Assembly (NCBI GenBank): GCA_963829365.1
Contig: CAWHIH010000009.1
Span: 127,178-191,177 of the forward strand
DNA from: an uncultured Alphaproteobacteria bacterium
GTDB lineage: Bacteria; Pseudomonadota; Alphaproteobacteria; Acetobacterales; Acetobacteraceae
DNA: 64,000 nucleotides
Reading direction: 5' to 3'
The position numbers and the translations under genes were made by a program. This document shows, one piece after another, positions 62,680 to 64,000 of the stretch. Every line of letters starts with the position of its first letter. The first letter of the stretch is position 1. The notes under the pieces are model-generated. The model worked only from the letters and a program-made list of their open reading frames with translations, had not been told where the DNA came from and made no database searches.

Positions 62680-63204
62680 TCACGGCTTCAGTTCGACGGA
62701 CAGCGCGCCGAGTTCATGCGCGCCCTGGGCGGTCCCGGCCTGGGCGGCAGCGGGGGGCCATTGGAAGGGCACCCGCAGCAGCTCGCGCCCGCCGACCTCG
62801 CGCGCTGCCTCCACCACCAGGTTGTACTGGCCGGGGGCGAGGCCGGAGAGCGCCTTGCCTTCGCCATCGAAGCGCAGGGTATGGCGGCCGGGCGCCCGGG
62901 TCGCGCCGCTGACGCCGTCCACCGGCATCTGCAATTCGCGGCCGGTGCGGCGCCACCATTGCCGCATGTCCTTCAGCCACTTCTCGCCTTCGCTGTTGCG
63001 CAGGCCGGTGTCGTACCAGACCGCCAGGTTGGTGGCCGCCTGCTGGTCCGGCCGCTCCACCCAGATCGCCACATAGGGCCGGTGGTATTCGGCCACCGAA
63101 AGCTGCGGAATCTCCAGGGTGAGGTTGATCTCGGCCGCGGCGGCGGGCGCCGCCATCGGCGCCGCGGCCAGGCCCGCCAGGGCCAGGGAAGGCAGGAAGC
63201 GCAT
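62680..63204 (-). CDS. DUF2271 periplasmic protein with flavinylation motif
   Basis: EYHRPYVAIW, WLKDMRQWWR, DGVSGAT, VEAAREVGGRE. Confidence 0.85.
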   Translation of the reverse strand: MRFLPSLALAGLAAAPMAAPAAAAEINLTLEIPQLSVAEYHRPYVAIWVERPDQQAATNLAVWYDTGLRNSEGEKWLKDMRQWWRRTGRELQMPVDGVSGATRAPGRHTLRFDGEGKALSGLAPGQYNLVVEAAREVGGRELLRVPFQWPPAAAQAGTAQGAHELGALSVELKP

Positions 63205-63215
63205 GCAATTCCTCA

Positions 63216-63866
63216 TCAGTGGATGAACAGGATGGCCAGGATGACCGGCACCACCAGCCCAAGCCCGACGACCGGCCAGGTGGCGGGGCGGGCGCCGGCA
63301 TGCAGGTGCAGCAGGAACAGGCCGGTGCCGCAGAACACCAGGCAGGCCGCCGCGAAGATGTCGATGAACCAGCTCCAGGCGAGGCCGGCGTGGCGGCCCT
63401 TGTGCAGGTCGTTCAGGTAGGAAATCCAGCCGCGGGTGGTGACGTCATGCGTCACCTCGCCACTGGTGCGGTCGATGCTCAGCCAGGCGTCGCCGCCGGG
63501 CCGCGGCAGCGGCAGGTAGATCTCGGTGGCCGACCACTCCGCGTCGCGCCCGCCCGCGCTGACCGACAGCTCCGCGCCGATCCAGGCGCGGATGGCGGGC
63601 GGCAGCGGCCGCTTCTCCTCCCCCGCGGGCGGCGGCAGCGTGGCCAGCAGCGCGGCCGGCAGGGTGGCGGTGCGGGTGGTGACGCGGGGCGCCGCCTCGA
63701 TCTGGCCGGCGTGGTTGAGGGTGATGCCAGTGGCGGCGAACAGCAGCATGCCGATCAGGCAAACCGCGGCGCTGACCCAGTGCCACTGGTGGAGGTGCTT
63801 CAGCCAGAACGATCGGCGGCCACCGGCCCGGGGTGGCTTGGCGGCAGCGACCCCGCTTCGGGTCAT
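63216..63866 (-). CDS. PepSY-associated TM helix protein
   Basis: LHQWHWVS, TGITLNH, YLNDLHKGR, WSWFIDIFA. Confidence 0.88.
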   Translation of the reverse strand: MTRSGVAAAKPPRAGGRRSFWLKHLHQWHWVSAAVCLIGMLLFAATGITLNHAGQIEAAPRVTTRTATLPAALLATLPPPAGEEKRPLPPAIRAWIGAELSVSAGGRDAEWSATEIYLPLPRPGGDAWLSIDRTSGEVTHDVTTRGWISYLNDLHKGRHAGLAWSWFIDIFAAACLVFCGTGLFLLHLHAGARPATWPVVGLGLVVPVILAILFIH

Positions 63867-63964
63867 GGAAAAACCGGCGTTCCAACCATGACGCGTCCTT
63901 CAGGCAGGGTAGGCATCAGGCTGGCCGGTCAGCGTCCCGGTGAAGGGGCCAATGTCGCCCAATA

Positions 63965-63983
63965 GATGCGAGTGATTCGCAAT
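63965..63983. promoter_or_regulatory. Putative Fur-type iron box upstream of the PepSY operon
   Basis: GATGCGAGTGATTCGCAAT (TGCGA-N5-TCGCA). Confidence 0.72.
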
Positions 63984-64000
63984 ATCATGCTGCGCGGGCG

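Overview
High-GC alphaproteobacterial chromosome segment; gene content and synteny suggest Acetobacteraceae (Roseomonas/Belnapia-like), which is an inference. Left part: core genes (ogt, qor, Mesh1-like HD protein, rho-hemJ-HAD-hemH-hemE) divergent from a PDRP/ppsR-maf pair. The hemE/PDRP intergenic region carries DnaA boxes, a DnaA-trio-like tract and a dense GANTC cluster, so it is probably oriC. Middle part: metabolic genes (lutBC, AidB-like dehydrogenase, GH1, atuA-like pair, SelA-like enzyme, glpK, M20 hydrolase, MATE/HxlR, BVMO, SGNH+FG-GAP protein, thiolase-like/DUF35). At 39.9-47.4 kb lies a catabolic cluster with two DxDxH amidohydrolase-fold paralogues, a Rieske ferredoxin, an ABC importer and a GMC oxidoreductase, which looks like an uncharacterised amidohydrolase-related dinuclear oxygenase pathway. 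Right part: a ~15 kb iron island with three Fur-like boxes (imelysin/di-heme/DUF1513 operon, TonB receptor-piuC, alpha-hydroxy acid oxidase, PepSY-DUF2271-DUF4198-ApbE-diflavin reductase). Two copies of a 108-bp CTAG-bounded palindromic element occur. Many genes carry clustered indels that are most likely sequencing errors. No rRNA, tRNA, CRISPR array or transposase was recognised. Product calls come from motif recognition only; no database searches were run.
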